DNA from: Laetmonice hystrix
Taxonomy: Eukaryota
Assembly: GCA_965235115.1 (NCBI GenBank)
Contig: OZ249444.1
Location: 18,042,001-18,106,000 of the forward strand
Reading direction: 5' to 3'
Length of the DNA: 64,000 nucleotides
Shown here: positions 25,666 through 39,525 of the stretch, piece by piece
How positions within the stretch are numbered: the first letter of the stretch is position 1
Layout: the number at the start of each line of letters is the position of its first letter
Notes under the pieces: generated by a model
The model's input: only the letters and a program-made list of their open reading frames with translations
What the model was told of the DNA's origin: nothing
The model's database searches: none
Made by a program: the position numbers and the translations under genes

Positions 25666-28148
25666 CCCCTACAACGTCATTTGCCTTTTCTTCACTGACA
25701 ACTGTCTCATGCAGACGTTCTCCATCGTTACACGTTCTAAGTAACATTAAATTTTGTTTTGAATAATTTAGGAAGGCGTGATGCTCGGATCATAATGACT
25801 GGTGGGTCCTATAGGACGAGATATCGTCTGCCTTCAGAGACCAGTCCCGAGCCCAGTCAAGCACCGCTGTCGCCATGCCGACGATAATAAACACGTAGTT
25901 CGCCTATCACCTAGACAGCGCCCCCTGGATTCGTGATAGGTTATCAATCCACACCGGAAAACACGACACGCGCTTCGGTGACGAAACGGAACGGGACGAC
26001 ATGATTAAAACCTGAGAGCCTGCGGCCTTGGAGGAGTCACGTTTTCTGATAGCCACTGGCTATCAATCGATGGACGGGACTTACGTGTGACGACGGCTAT
26101 GGAAGAGAATGAACGGGAGGTGAGGTCTGGCTGTCTTCTTAACACAGCGCAATAACTACCTGGATATGTTAGAGACAGATGCCTTGAGCGAACATCGGAA
26201 GGAACTATTTTTATGGCGGAAGCTTACACGGCAGTGGTCTCTTATTCAAGAGAATGTTTAGGAACATTTTTTAAGCGTTGCGATAGGTCACGTATTGTTG
26301 GTGTACGTTATAGGCCTAAATACAGCGTCTTTTGTAGTTTAGCATACATTTGTATATCCTATCAATAGAGTATAGAAGGCCTTTGTTATTTAAGAGTATG
26401 TATTTATGTATGTTAAAAGCACTATACATGAAGAACATACGGATGGCAGGTATCAGGGCGCGGCATGTAAAGCACATGTAAAATACGTATTTAATAGAAT
26501 TATACATCTTGTTATAGAGCACTGTTGTACACATCAATATCTCATCCTATCGTCTAAGGAATTATTTAATCTGATGACAACCAATATAGTGGCTTGTATG
26601 ACGTGCCGTTCAATAATTCACAGAAAGGGATTGTCCGTACTTCTTATTTTCTCAAATCCTGTGAATAAGTTTTTTATGTGTACACCGATATTTCGGAGGT
26701 CAGGGACAGATCCGTCTGGGCAGTGTCGATCAAAAGCATTTCATGCACGTGTATATTACCACCAATATAAAATCAATGATCACTCCGCTACGGCCAACGA
26801 TCTTTGGCATCATCTAGCTGTGGTAATGACGAGGGAGGAGGGAAGTGCAGCCCTGGCCCCCTGCCCAGCCCAGCCCTGGTCCCGGCCCAGGCCCCAACCC
26901 CTGGCCCCCGTCCGAACCCGGCCCTGGTCCCGTCCCAAGCCCCAGGCCCCCATCCCAACCCTCTGAAAATCTTATCGGTTAAAGTGGCGACAAGAACTAG
27001 ATTAAAAGAACCGTCGTTCACACAGCGGACCCCGGTTGGTTCGTTCGGATCACGTGATCAAGTTCCTTTGGCGACTGGCAGATCGCGTGACGCGGGCCAG
27101 TCGGCAGTCAGTGTAGAACGCCCCATACAAACTGGTCGTCAATCTTACAGCGCCCTCGCACGGGCGTCAAACAATCTACCAATAGAGGATGAACACTGCA
27201 GATACATCCATAGAAATCATGTAAGCCTAATATAGTGGCTTAGCCCTACATTTTACTCGTATATAGATTAAACTTCATTTATAATGGCAATTCTGTTTCA
27301 AATAATTATAAGAAATGTATGTATTCTTAAGCATTATCATAATTTAACACATTAAAATATTAATTATTATTTGATATTAAACTCGCAATTTACTAGTACG
27401 TGAGAGCATAAACGGCCTTTTTAACTCATACGGAATATACACTGACATGGTCACGCCCTAATTTCTTTCTATAGACCGTCATAAGCCCACATCACCGTGA
27501 TATTATCGGCCTACAATTACCTTGGCGAGGATCATACGTCATTCAAAACGATCACGCATCTTCATTTAACCAGAAAAAGTACTTTCACAACCCATAAGAC
27601 CGAGGTCCCTCATGGCAGATAGCGTCAGTATATACACGGGCACGATCCTCCTATAGACGCTATTCTTATATTTATTGCCGGTAAGTCGGCGCGATGCAGT
27701 GATAGCCGAGGTCACATGTCCGCCCATGTTGGTATGGTTGCGTGTATGCGGGACCAAGAACCACCAAGCTGCTACTAAAATGTGTCCTTTGAGAATCACT
27801 TTGGTGTGTCTCAATCGGCAACCCAGTGCCTTCGGAGGAATAACTCAAAGCCTAACATTTTCTTAGAATTAGCGGTCCACCTGCTAAACTGTAAAGACAA
27901 AACAAACAACTGTAACACAAGCGTTAAAATGTGTGATATATTAGAGTATATTGTCACATATTGGTATATATCATATTCCATTATCAGTCCCTATATAAGT
28001 AATTATAATCCTATGCCTTCCAGCTGCTGACATGTCAGGAAATATGCTTTCCCATATAGCAAACACATATTGCATGCGGGACGGAAGCGCCGCCGACAAT
28101 GGCACTACCGCCCGCGTTTTACCGCTGGACGACGTAAGCAGACTTCTA

Positions 28149-28512
28149 CAGTGATCTGGAAAAACCTAGCAAGTCCACTTTGCCGCATTTTGAGAAAATT
28201 GGGAAAAGCAAACCATGTCTGCCATTGAGGTGCTGCAAACGCTAGGTTTTTCCAGGTCAAGAACTACGAATTGCGTAGACTTCTGATCACTTGTATAGGA
28301 CTATATGAAGGGGCCAAACCTAATAAGTCCCAAAATGGAACTAAAGGCCCATATACACAGACCGAATTACGGCCGATTTTTAGAGACGGCCGATTTTTCT
28401 CCATAGTGTTCCTATGAAGAAAAATAGGCCGTGTCTAAAAATCGGCCGTAATTCGGTCTGTGTATATGGGCCTTTACTCAAATTAGACAAAAACTCGACT
28501 TCCAGATCACTG
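28149..28512. mobile_element. Tc1/mariner-like non-autonomous element containing a nested MITE
   Basis: TA|CAGTGATCTGGAA ... TTCCAGATCACTG|TA. CAGTG termini with TA flanks are the Tc1 signature. Confidence 0.65.
28344..28474. mobile_element. 131-bp MITE with perfect TIRs of about 40 bp (superfamily uncertain; PIF/Harbinger-like or TA-targeting)
   Basis: ta|aaggcccatatacacagaccgaattacggccgatttttaga ... tctaaaaatcggccgtaattcggtctgtgtatatgggcctt|ta. Confidence 0.88.
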
Positions 28513-29713
28513 TACACTGCTTCCTTCGAATTTTACGGACTGCCCCAAATGGTTAATCTTGTGCCTGCTTGATCGTAGATATCACAAAAAGCGAATAATA
28601 TCTTGTATTGACGCGGCCTGATACTGCATTACTGTCATGAGATTTTAGAGTATTCAGTAGAGATGCGCCATTAACCTTAGTCCTGTTTATCGATTGCTTA
28701 CAACACTACACCCCCCTGGCCGCCGGCGACACCCACTGTTGGCCATCTTGATGCGCTACAGCCATCGCCATATGTATTCCTTTTCAAATTAAGGCAAGAA
28801 TAATTAAGCACGAGAAGACAAGCCATACTATCAATGGTTGCTGGTCTTTATCCAACAGGGATGAGGTTTAATATTTTCTCTGTGTGACCCTCGCCCACAA
28901 CGTGTGACCTTCATGAGAGCCAACCGGGCCTCTTGACGGTCAATTATATTAGAGCAATTTTCGCCTTTGAAACGTGTATCTCTAGCATGGCCATATAGAA
29001 TAAATTCTAGTTCGAACCAGGGAGGTGAAATCAATGCGGGTGGAGCTTGTTATAAAAGATAGCTAAGATAGCTATAAGGCGCTGATCTTTAATTCTGTTC
29101 GCAATCCATCACCTGACGTTCAATAGAGTTGGGAGGAAAAGAGCGACCGGGCGAACTCCATGGAGGGTCGTTGACGTATGGGGTACGGCCGCCCCGTGTA
29201 ATCCAGGACGGACGGGTCCTCTATACACATCGACGGAGCTATCTCAATCGTGTTGAATGATATAGGCTATATAGTCAACACGGAGCCTGCAGTCGGAAAT
29301 GGATGCCATATACTGAACCGTTGCTCTAAAACCATACGAGCCGCCTCTTTTTCAGCAATACTTTTTGGGTCAGCAATAATCGGAAATGACTGTTGTATAG
29401 TCATAATTACAATTAATCATTACCATTATCGTTACAACTATAAACATTATAATCTATGATAATGTGGTAGAGTGATCAGTGGGAGGAGAAAAAAAAGAGC
29501 ATGTGGTCGCTGTCCTACCAATCATCACAGTTTGTGGCATTTCCAGGAATTGTCGCTGTATAGCTACCAATAATGTGGCATTGACTATTGTCGCTGCTGC
29601 TCCGAGGACCGCGTGTCCTTCAGGTGGGGCAGTTCGTAATTAACCATACGAGAACACTTGAAAGGCTGAAACCCTATATTATCAGACCAGGCGGAACTCA
29701 GGTCCTTCCTTCA

Positions 29714-30715
29714 CTACCTAAAACCTACATCAACCCAGGCTGCTCTTCCTTCCTACCTAAAACCTACATCAACCCAGGCTGCTCTTCCTTCCTACCTAAA
29801 ACCTATATCAACCCAGGCTGCTCTTCCTTCCTACCTAAAACCTACATCAACCCAGGCTGCTCTTCCTTCCTACCTAAAACCTATATCAACCCAGGCTGCT
29901 CTTCCTTCCTACCTAAAACCTACATCAACCCAGGCTGCTCTTCCTTCCTACCTAAAACCTACATCAACCCAGGCTGCTCTTCCTTCCTATACTAAAACCT
30001 ACATCAACCCAGGCTGTTCTTCCTTCCTATACTAAAACCTACATCAACCCAGGCTGTTCTTCCTTCCTGTACTAAAACCTACATCAACCCAGGCTGCTCT
30101 TCCTTCCTACCTAAAACCTACATCAACCCAGGCTGCTCTTCCTTCCTACCTAAAACCTACATCAACCCACGCTGCTCTTCCTGTACCTAAAACCTACATC
30201 AACCCACGCTGCTCTTCCTTCCTACCTAAAACCTACATCAACCCAGGCTGCTCTTCCTTCCTACCTAAAACCTACATCAACCCAGGCTGCTCTTCCTTCC
30301 TACCTAAAACCTACATCAACCCAGGCTGCTCTTCCTTCCTATACTAAAACCTACATCAACCCAGGCTGTTCTTCCTTCCTATACTAAAACCTACATCAAC
30401 CCAGGCTGTTCTTCCTTCCTGTACTAAAACCTACATCAACCCAGGCTGCTCTTCCTTCCTACCTAAAACCTACATCAACCCAGGCTGCTCTTCCTTCCTA
30501 CCTAAAACCTACATCAACCCACGCTGCTCTTCCTGTACCTAAAACCTACATCAACCCACGCTGCTCTTCCTTCCTACCTAAAACCTACATCAACCCAGGC
30601 TGCTCTTCCTTCCTACCTAAAACCTACATCAACCCACGCTGCTCTTCCTGTACCTAAAACCTACATCAACCCAGGCTGCTCTTCCTTCCTACCTAAAACC
30701 TATATCAACCCAGGC
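29714..30715. repeat. 39-bp minisatellite, about 26 copies, with higher-order structure
   Basis: Unit cctaaaacctacatcaacccaggctgctcttccttccta. The series of variant monomers repeats at an offset of about 352 bp. Confidence 0.97.
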
Positions 30716-31537
30716 CGCCCTTTCCTCATTAAACCGGAAATTAGCGAGCTCTCCTCGCCATGGCGACCATACGGGCGGTTCTCACGTGACAATACCCCCG
30801 CCCTTCTTCCTCCATCCCCCTCCCTCCTTGCGGCCACGCCATTATCGTCATTTTCGGTATTTCGATGCGACAGCGTTCGGTTTTAATAAGAAGGACCTCG
30901 ACTGAATGCCTCGGCGGCCGGTTAGTTCCGACGTGCCACGCAATAAGCCGGCCTGCCCAGTGGGCTCTCGCGTCGGTGCTGATGTCGTGCACCGATTGCA
31001 CGCACAATGCATATTAATTATCACTAATTCATAAGCGAATCCATCACGAGTTGTGCCTTCGCGTAAATGGTCGTCCCGTTTGCTATACCGAGTCCTTTGT
31101 GTTGTTCTACGGGGAGAAAACAATCCAGTCAATGTGGGTAGGCAGGGATAAGGGTGCATGGTATCCGGGCTCGGACAGCAGGCGGCGGGGAGGGGTAGGG
31201 TGGGGGCCGCCAGTTATACAGACAGCCTTGTCTATCGTTCTTCATCAAACCGCCTCTGGCAACCAAACGTTTTAACGAGTAACGACGCATAAGGGGGTTG
31301 TTCTATGACGTGTTTGGTGTGGGTGGATATGTTAACAATAAGGATCCACACCATTCCACACCGACACATAGATTTCACATAGCTGCTGGTCTCTGTTAAA
31401 CGTCTAATTTATCATCCCATGCAGTTTTGCACGTTCAGCAATTTTTGTTTGTATTTTTTATTTATTGTTACACGGCCCGTGGCAGCTACATTTTATTTCA
31501 CCGTAGATTTCCACCCACAAACGTTAATTACAGCCAG

Positions 31538-31712
31538 ACCCCGGTTTCAAGGAAGTGGTCAGCGGTTAAGTTATAAGTTGGTTAAAATCGGGGCTAACGC
31601 TGACTTTAACCAACATTGGTATATTATCTGTTTCCTGATTGGTTAATCTCTGCATGGTTTAAATTCATCTTAGCCAACTTAGTTAACTTAACCACTTTCT
31701 CGAAACAGGGGC
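31538..31712. mobile_element. PIF/Harbinger-like MITE with 3-bp CAG target-site duplication
   Basis: cag|ACCCCGGTTTCAAGGAAGTGGT ... ACCACTTTCTCGAAACAGGGGC|cag. Imperfect TIRs and an identical 3-bp flank. Confidence 0.7.
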
Positions 31713-31859
31713 CAGCGCTCGCTAAAATTGCCATTGAAATTCAGCGGCAACGGCCCCCAGGTAGTCTTCCATCAAGGAAATGTAATTGTAGATACGATAC
31801 GACGTTAAAAAAACATGTGTCGATCATCGCGACGTTTTAATGCGTACTACGTAACGGTT

Positions 31860-32070
31860 CTAGTAACTGTTTTTGTAACTGTAATAGGTATACTAGGTAA
31901 CTGATTTAGTAACTGTAACAGGTACACATGTAGGCCTACTAGGTAACTGTTTTAGTAATTTGTAACTGTAACAGGTACATGTACTAGGTAACTGTTTTAG
32001 TAATTTGTAAGTAACAGGTACTAGGTAACTGTTTTAGTAACTGTTTTTGTAACTGTAACAGGTACTAGGT
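31860..32070. repeat. Degenerate tandem repeat built from gtaactgttttt/gtaacaggtactag modules
   Basis: taggtaactg and gtaactgtaacaggtac recur about 6 times with variable spacing. Confidence 0.8.
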
Positions 32071-32872
32071 AACTATTTTAGGATCATGTTGCTCTACTCA
32101 GAAAAATACCGAAAAAGGATGTGAAACGTACTTAAAGCACGACATAAACAAGGAAAGAAACTAGAAATTTCTGTGCTTTCCGGAAAGATCATAGTGCCGT
32201 TAGCATTTCAGTAGAATATTCACAATGACGGCAGCGTGTGTTAGGGGGGGGGGGGGATACTCGATCCGTCTGGGCAGAGACCGTGTAACGCCGCTTCGAC
32301 TTCCGCTTGGTAACAACCGCCACTTGAGGGTTATCCCGACTATGATTACTGCACGCACCTCGCTGCAACTATTTAACCACGTTCATTATTCTCACCCACA
32401 TCTTCTCTATCTGGCCATTACACTCACAACTATAACTACTACCATCTGCTCTCGTTCTGCCCCCGGCCCAGCTGTTATACCAAACTACCACTCGCCATGG
32501 TCGCCATTTCATTTCTCTATATATACGTAGATTCTTCATGTCAATTCCACAGAGCGTTTTGTTTAAAACTTGTTTGATAATAGAAAATATCACAACCCCT
32601 CTCATTATATAGAATGCGTTAATTGCTCTTCAAAGTTATTTGGGGAGGGGCGGGGGTAATACGAAGGTCAAAGGTTGCTGTCTTCAACAAAATTATAATG
32701 TCATGACCTGTCACTCACTGTAATTTGAAAGAGGTAGAGATTAGCCAGTGGATAATCCTCCCTTGTTCTTCACTGATTGACAACAATTCGTCGTACACGA
32801 GCAGACTTTGTGGCTATCGTACCATGACGAGACCGTTCTCATTATTATTTATCTGGGTCACGGTTGGCAGAC

Positions 32873-32926
32873 TCAGAACGCTGCGTCAGAACGCTGCGTC
32901 AGAACGCTGCGTCAGAACGCTGCGTC
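32873..32926. repeat. 13-bp tandem repeat, 4 copies
   Basis: Unit tcagaacgctgcg. Confidence 0.93.
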
Positions 32927-34751
32927 AAAGGACTACATAGACCACGAATAACGGCATTAGGTTCTCCAAACCTATAACATCGTTCAATAACGATACGGTT
33001 TGGGGTGTGTTATCAACAACTCTTAAATTATCAACAGTATCAATTTCTCTGGAACAGAGGAAGGTCACGGAATAATGGCGGGTAAAGTGAGCTCTTTGTA
33101 AGACGACAATGGGCGTCGGAATGACAACACTGATTATTATGCATGGAGACGACCAGTGGTGAAAACGTCCACGTTTCACGGGCCGGCTGTTAACAGAGAA
33201 CCCCCCACCCCCGCCCTCCAAACCCACCGACCGGCGGGACACACTTTGGTACCTCACAACATTCAACGTGAAATCAATGCCCGGCCGCCTCGCTGACCGT
33301 CGCTCCTATTTACGGCTATTGTATGGCGGAAAGCGTTCGCCTTATCCCGCCAGCCCCCCCCCCCCCCCCGACCTACACCCCCCCCCCCCCCCAGCCGCTC
33401 CGAACGCCAATTGTTATTCAGGCACTCAGACCCGTGCATCACGAGGGGGCGCCACAGTAGGTAAACGGACCAAACCTGGTGAACCTGACAAACAAATTAC
33501 CACGTCCCCCCGGCGTCCCTCTCAACACAGCCATATAACTACATAACAGGGATCCACGAGAACCGTTTCCCCCAGTCTCATAAAGAAGGAAAAGGAAACT
33601 TCAACATCTTACATTCATTGATCTGTAGGAAGACGCCAATATAGTTGGGAAAGATCAAGTCCACGGCCTGGTGTGGCACTCGGCACGTCTCGGGCGTACG
33701 CTCAATTTTCACGTCTCCAAATTGATGGTTCTCAGCATATTGCTGTCGACGATTTGGCTTGTGCTCTGACAGTATGGCCGAGCTTAAATATGTCATTGTG
33801 ACCCACTTTTCGATATAACATTACTGGGGTTCCAGCAGTGAATTCGCCCGGCGGGATACATCGCCGTGTTGGTAGTTCAACCTTATCTTCAATGGCAAAC
33901 CATTTGAAACCATTTGTATTCATACGTATATACAAATGGTAGCCGAGGTAAATAGTTGAAACATATAGAAGAAACCATTAGGGGAGTTAACCAAAGCTAT
34001 CGTCTCCACAGAGATTCCAACGTGATGAAGATTGAGAAATCAAACGACGGAGATGCCAAGCCCCTCCCTCCTTCACCCGATCCTCCACCAACCCACCCCT
34101 ATCCATCGACTCATCTAGTGAGAACCGTCTGAAAAAAACTCGGCTGGCCTGAACCGTATATCTATGTGCCGTCATCCATAAAGTTAGCAGGGTCATTACG
34201 ACAGCGGTGGGTAGGAATGGTCTGGCGTAACGCCTACAATACAATGGCCCGAGCCGACAACATTGAAAACGTATACATAAATACGTTGGCTGCCCGTCAA
34301 TATGCAGGATATATAAAATGGCGTAACTTCATTCCGACATCTGGAATAAATTCCGAGCTGCGGGCCAAATGAGAATGGTCTGACCTGACCACCACAATAC
34401 TAAAATACATGGAATTATGTCGCGAAGAAGCACACCGCAAGGTATGAGTCATAATACACAGCTGATTCCTGTATGATGTGCCGTTGTTTGATACCTGCTA
34501 TAATAGTATACAAGATAATCATGTATTTACACCGTATCTCCAATTTAAAATGCACATATTTCGATAGTGTAAATGCTGTTCAACATTATGACCTTCGTTT
34601 TCTGCTTTTACAAAACCTTACGTAATGTTTGAACAATGTCAACATTGACAATGAAGAGAAAGGTGTATTTCCTTTACTGACATTCTTAGGTTCACGGCAT
34701 GGTGGACTGGATCACCAAGGTAACGACGCGGTTCCCTAGGAGATGGATTGT

Positions 34752-35564
34752 CATGAGTCTCACTTTCTAATAACGTGAGCGGTATACGTGTAGGTGGTAA
34801 CTGATTATGGAAACCATGAGTCTCAATTTCTAATAACGTGAGCGGTATACGTGTTGGTGGTAACTGGTTATGGAAACCACGAGTCTCACTTTCTAATAAC
34901 GTGAGCGGTATACGTGTAGGTGGTAACTGGTTATGGAAACCATGAGTCTCACTTTCTAATAACGTGAGCGGTATACGTGTAGGTGGTAACTGATTATGGA
35001 AACCATGAGTCTCAATTTCTAATAACGTGAGCGGTATACGTGTAGGTGGTAACTGGTTATGGAAACCATGAGTCTCACTTTCTAATAACGTGAGCGGTAT
35101 ACGTGTAGGTGGTAACTGGTTATGGAAACCACGAGTCTCACTTTCTAATAACGTGAGCGGTATACGTGTAGGTGGTAACTGATTATGGAAACCACGAGTC
35201 TCACTTTCTAATAACGTGAGCGGTATACGTGTAGGTGGTAACTGATTATGGAAACCACGAGTCTCACTTTCTAATAACGTGAGCGGTATACGTGTAGGTG
35301 GTAACTGATTTTGGAAACCACGAGTCTCACTTTCTAATAACGTGAGCGGTATACGTGTAGGTGGTAACTGATTATGGAAACCACGAGTCTCACTTTCTAA
35401 TAACGTGAGCGGTATACGTGTAGGTGGTAACTGATTATGGAAACCACGAGTCTCACTTTCTAATAACGTGAGCGGTATACGTGTAGGTGGTAAATGGAAA
35501 CCACGAGTCTCACTTTCTAATAACGTGAGCGGTATACGTGTAGGTGGTAACTGATTTTGGAAAC
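34752..35564. repeat. 63-bp minisatellite, about 13 copies
   Basis: Unit catgagtctcactttctaataacgtgagcggtatacgtgtaggtggtaactgattatggaaac. Confidence 0.97.
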
Positions 35565-38500
35565 CTCAATACATATTTATGTGCGTCAGTTACTTTTATG
35601 TATTTATCATTTGGCAAACATCAGCTTAAAGCAGAACACGGCCGTAAAGTGACGGGCCTATAGGAATACGTATTACATAGCGGTGTAGCCGGGTCCCCTG
35701 CCAAACAGACGTGTCCGCTATGTTAGGCTAGGTCCTGGGTAATTTCACTTGTCAGAAAACCGACAAGCGGAAGAAAGTTGCTTAATCTCCAAGAACTTCC
35801 GCTTCCGTTGTGTTGGGCAGCCTCAACGCAGTGACCGATCTCTGCTTGGAGTGTGGTCAACATGGCCATGCGTGATGCAGACCGTATAGTCTGGCGTAGG
35901 GAACGATGACACTAGTGACTATGTCTACATCCAGAAAAGCGAGGACATTTAACAATTCTATTATAAAAGGATTGATGAAAATATCGTATCTCGTTGGAGA
36001 AATACGGAGTCTACGGAATTATACCTTCGACGTTTGCGTCTTTTCGATTAGCCTTCACCAGGCTCTATATATACGTAGTCAATATAGACCTGAGGACCAG
36101 GCTAACATATAGCAGCTCAAATTCAAAAGCATCATTTTTTTGGACTATATATACGCTAAGTAAAAGTATCCCTCCGCGCCACCTATAATATTAAACGCCC
36201 AATAACTTATGCCTACATGTCATATACTGCGCCGATTAATTACACCGCGACATTGAGAATATTTAGCTTAATTTTTTCAATATATTATTACTTTCAACAT
36301 TATAGGCGGCAATTACTGCCCTTTTCAGACCATATTATTTAATTCTCTACATCCACACGGCAATGTTATGTGTACAAGTAATTATAGTCATCAATAAATC
36401 TGCTGTATTTGGACACTGTTTCCTGTGTGTAACGTCTGTCCCCACACGTCAGCTACCATTCCAGGGTGTGATTACAGGACCCAGCCATTGTTATGGCCGG
36501 TCCTGTTGGCCATTCATCCCCTGTCCACGTTATTTGCGGGAAGCGCGAGGAAATATAGACGGGCTGAGCGGAGTCAGGAATGTCCGGACCTACGTGTCCG
36601 AACTGAGGCCTGGGAGATCAGCAGGAAAGCCACACATCGTTTAGATGTCAATCCGGGTCGTGTCGGGACGCGGCGCTGATCGTCTGATCGAATCATCGCG
36701 GCGACACGCCTACCTTCCACCAACCCAGGGAAGGGCGTGGGTACGATTCTCTGCGTCACATTGGGGTGGTGGCTATTCACCTTTACGTTCTTACACAGAG
36801 TCGGGTTCAGGGTCAGCCCAAGGACAACTGCGAGAGGTAGAACGCCACCCCTACTCTGATAAACCTTTTAATCGCGGCACTCTACATAATGTAAACCATA
36901 ATTGTTGAAAGGAATTTAAATATTTGATCCCCGAAAGTGTCTCTTTCTCCCCCATGAAGGCTGGAGAAAACGTGATCCTAGATGCACGTTCAGTAATGCT
37001 GAATTGGCCGGCCACCAAAATGTATATCATTCTATACCAGCCACACTTCTGGCATGGGTAACTCCCCCCCCCCCCCCCCGACCACCAGCGCTGGAAGCCG
37101 GCGATGTTTATTTGTAGAGCTTGTTTTTATTTTCCTTCAGCGTCACTAAAATTAGATGGCCGCTGGCAGTTGCCAAGACCGGCCATGCAATAGCCAATAT
37201 GATCTGTTTGTATGTCCAGAAAAGACTGAACTTTGATTAGGCCTACATAACAATAGCTACATGTAGTAGTATTTGTAGTAAACCTAACTTTGTATACATT
37301 TGTCTCTAAGACAGACCAGCAGAACGCCGATGGCTCACGCTGACCTTTAGCAGTTTACGTATTTGTATGAGTGTTCAACAATTACGTTATATTGTAGATT
37401 GAGCTGGTATCAGGTAAGCTGTAAAACCATGGCTGAAGGCGTGCTAGATTTCTAAGGCTGATGGAGGAGAGGGCGCCCTCTGTCGTCCATGTTCAAGGTT
37501 AGTCTTGCGGCGCTTTCATCTATGCATCATTCAGTACCCACTTTGGCCGGCAGGTGTCCTATTAAAGCCCCGGCCCGCCGACCAAGCATGACGGGACGGA
37601 CCCCCCCAGGCTTTGCCAACCATGTCGGTCTCAGCGTGGCTCCAGGCCTCGCAGCTCTTATAAAAGTTCTACGACTGTTCCGTTCCGTCTTTTATCGTTG
37701 TGAAATATCACAAGTCAGTTGTGGTAGTTTCTGAGGATGACAAGCCTGCCAATCGATGCACATTTAGGCAACCAATCTGTTAACCGTAGTAAGAAAGACC
37801 TAACCAGAATAACCAAGGGTTTGCGGCTTGCGTACCCCCTGTATCAATCTTGTAGTGTCACAGAGCGATCCCTAATGAAGACCTTACGATTTCAATGACA
37901 AACATAATAAACTATTGACTTCACACTCCTCAGCGTTGCAGACATCTTCGTCTTTTGTTACTCCAACAGTGTTCGTAAAAAAATGGCGACTGACAGACAA
38001 TGGCACATATTTTGTGGACAAGGCACAATGCCCAGCACGTGACCCCGAATTGACCGAGCCACCGCGAGGACAGATTTTAAGACACCTGTCTTTCTTCTAA
38101 CGTCGTATTTAAATGGAAGTTTCTATTAGATCTTTTCTAAATGTTTTTGTCGATGTACCATTAGAAGTGCACGACACCACGCAGGCTTGCCAGCGTTGTG
38201 GAAACTACCAAAACATCATTTTACATTATTCATAGGTCAGTGCTGATTGCGATATTTACAACAGAATATAACATCGCAATCACCTAGACCGCGACGTGAC
38301 CATTCCAATAATTAGTGTTGTTTATCAAAACCCGATTACTTAAGACACACACAAGCGCACGCCTGTACGCACACCCCATCTCACGTAGCGACATTTCACG
38401 TCCATAGCCATCACATGAGGTACTACATGTAGTATAAATATACAACACTACGTGTGATCGACGGCGATAATTACGGAAGTCAATTACGCACTGTCTGAAG

Positions 38501-39452
38501 TCGCTAAGAGAAGAAGCAATTCCGACTTCAGCAGTCTATATAATACGGAGTAAGTAATCGTTATAGGCCTACACGTAAAAACCATCGTAACCGCCAGTTA
38601 TGGTCGCCAGCTCTGTGCTATGGATCCGGCCGGTTACATTTATTACACCTTAGACTATCACAATCACAATGTCAGAGACTATATATATATGATAAGCAGA
38701 CCATGTGTGAGCTGATGTCAAACGAGCACTTTCTTCTATATCTTATACACTGACATTACCCCCCCCCCCCCCCCCGGCTGATGGGAGCCGAGCCGAGGCA
38801 CAGACAGCGAACCCAAACGATATTAAGTCGACGTAAATACTATTCTCCCCTACCCAATGACGTAGAGAGGGATGACGACATTAGTCATCCCTCCTGACAC
38901 ATCGCCAGATAACGAACCTATTCAATTCATAAAACATCTCGCTAATTCCCAATCCTCTCGGTATAAATATAACAAAAGCCTTTTGTCAAAGTAATTTAAG
39001 GTAGAAGATCGGATTTGGCCTTTTCCTTCTTAAATGATATTTTTCTTCTAAGGAGTTTACGGGAACACGGCTAGATATAAATGCCAACTGTCCGTGCCCT
39101 CAGCTACCCTGGCTGGAAGCGCCATACTGTGACCGTCTATCTACTGACAATAGTAGTCCACATGGACAGTGTGTGACCGGTATTCAATTCTCAACGGCGC
39201 GAGTTAGGAATATGCATAAGTACGCTGGCACTGGTCGTAAACGCGAGGCCAAAATGAGGTCATATAGCTCCTGTCTGTTATCAAAACGCCCAGGTCCACT
39301 GCATGACGCGACACGACCAAAAGAAGACGTGGTATATACCAAATGGATCCAAAAAGGATAACATAATGCATGGAACAGGCAAATATAAAACCTCACGTCA
39401 ATATCTCGGAAAAAAGTAACCACTAAAAAACAGATAGAACGCACAACGCACC

Positions 39453-39455
<3 letters not shown>

Positions 39456-39525
<70 letters not shown>
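39456..39525. repeat. (TTG)n microsatellite, about 23 copies
   Basis: Uninterrupted ttg run. Confidence 0.98.

Noticed and set aside
33578-33935. ORFs with a vaguely Tudor- or integrase-like pattern (EFTAGTPVMLYRKVGHNDIFKLG)
   Set aside because: No good splice sites in a compatible phase and no recognisable family motif.
411-35564. Tandem arrays as CRISPR arrays
   Set aside because: Units are head-to-tail with no unique spacers, there are no cas genes, and the context is eukaryotic intron.
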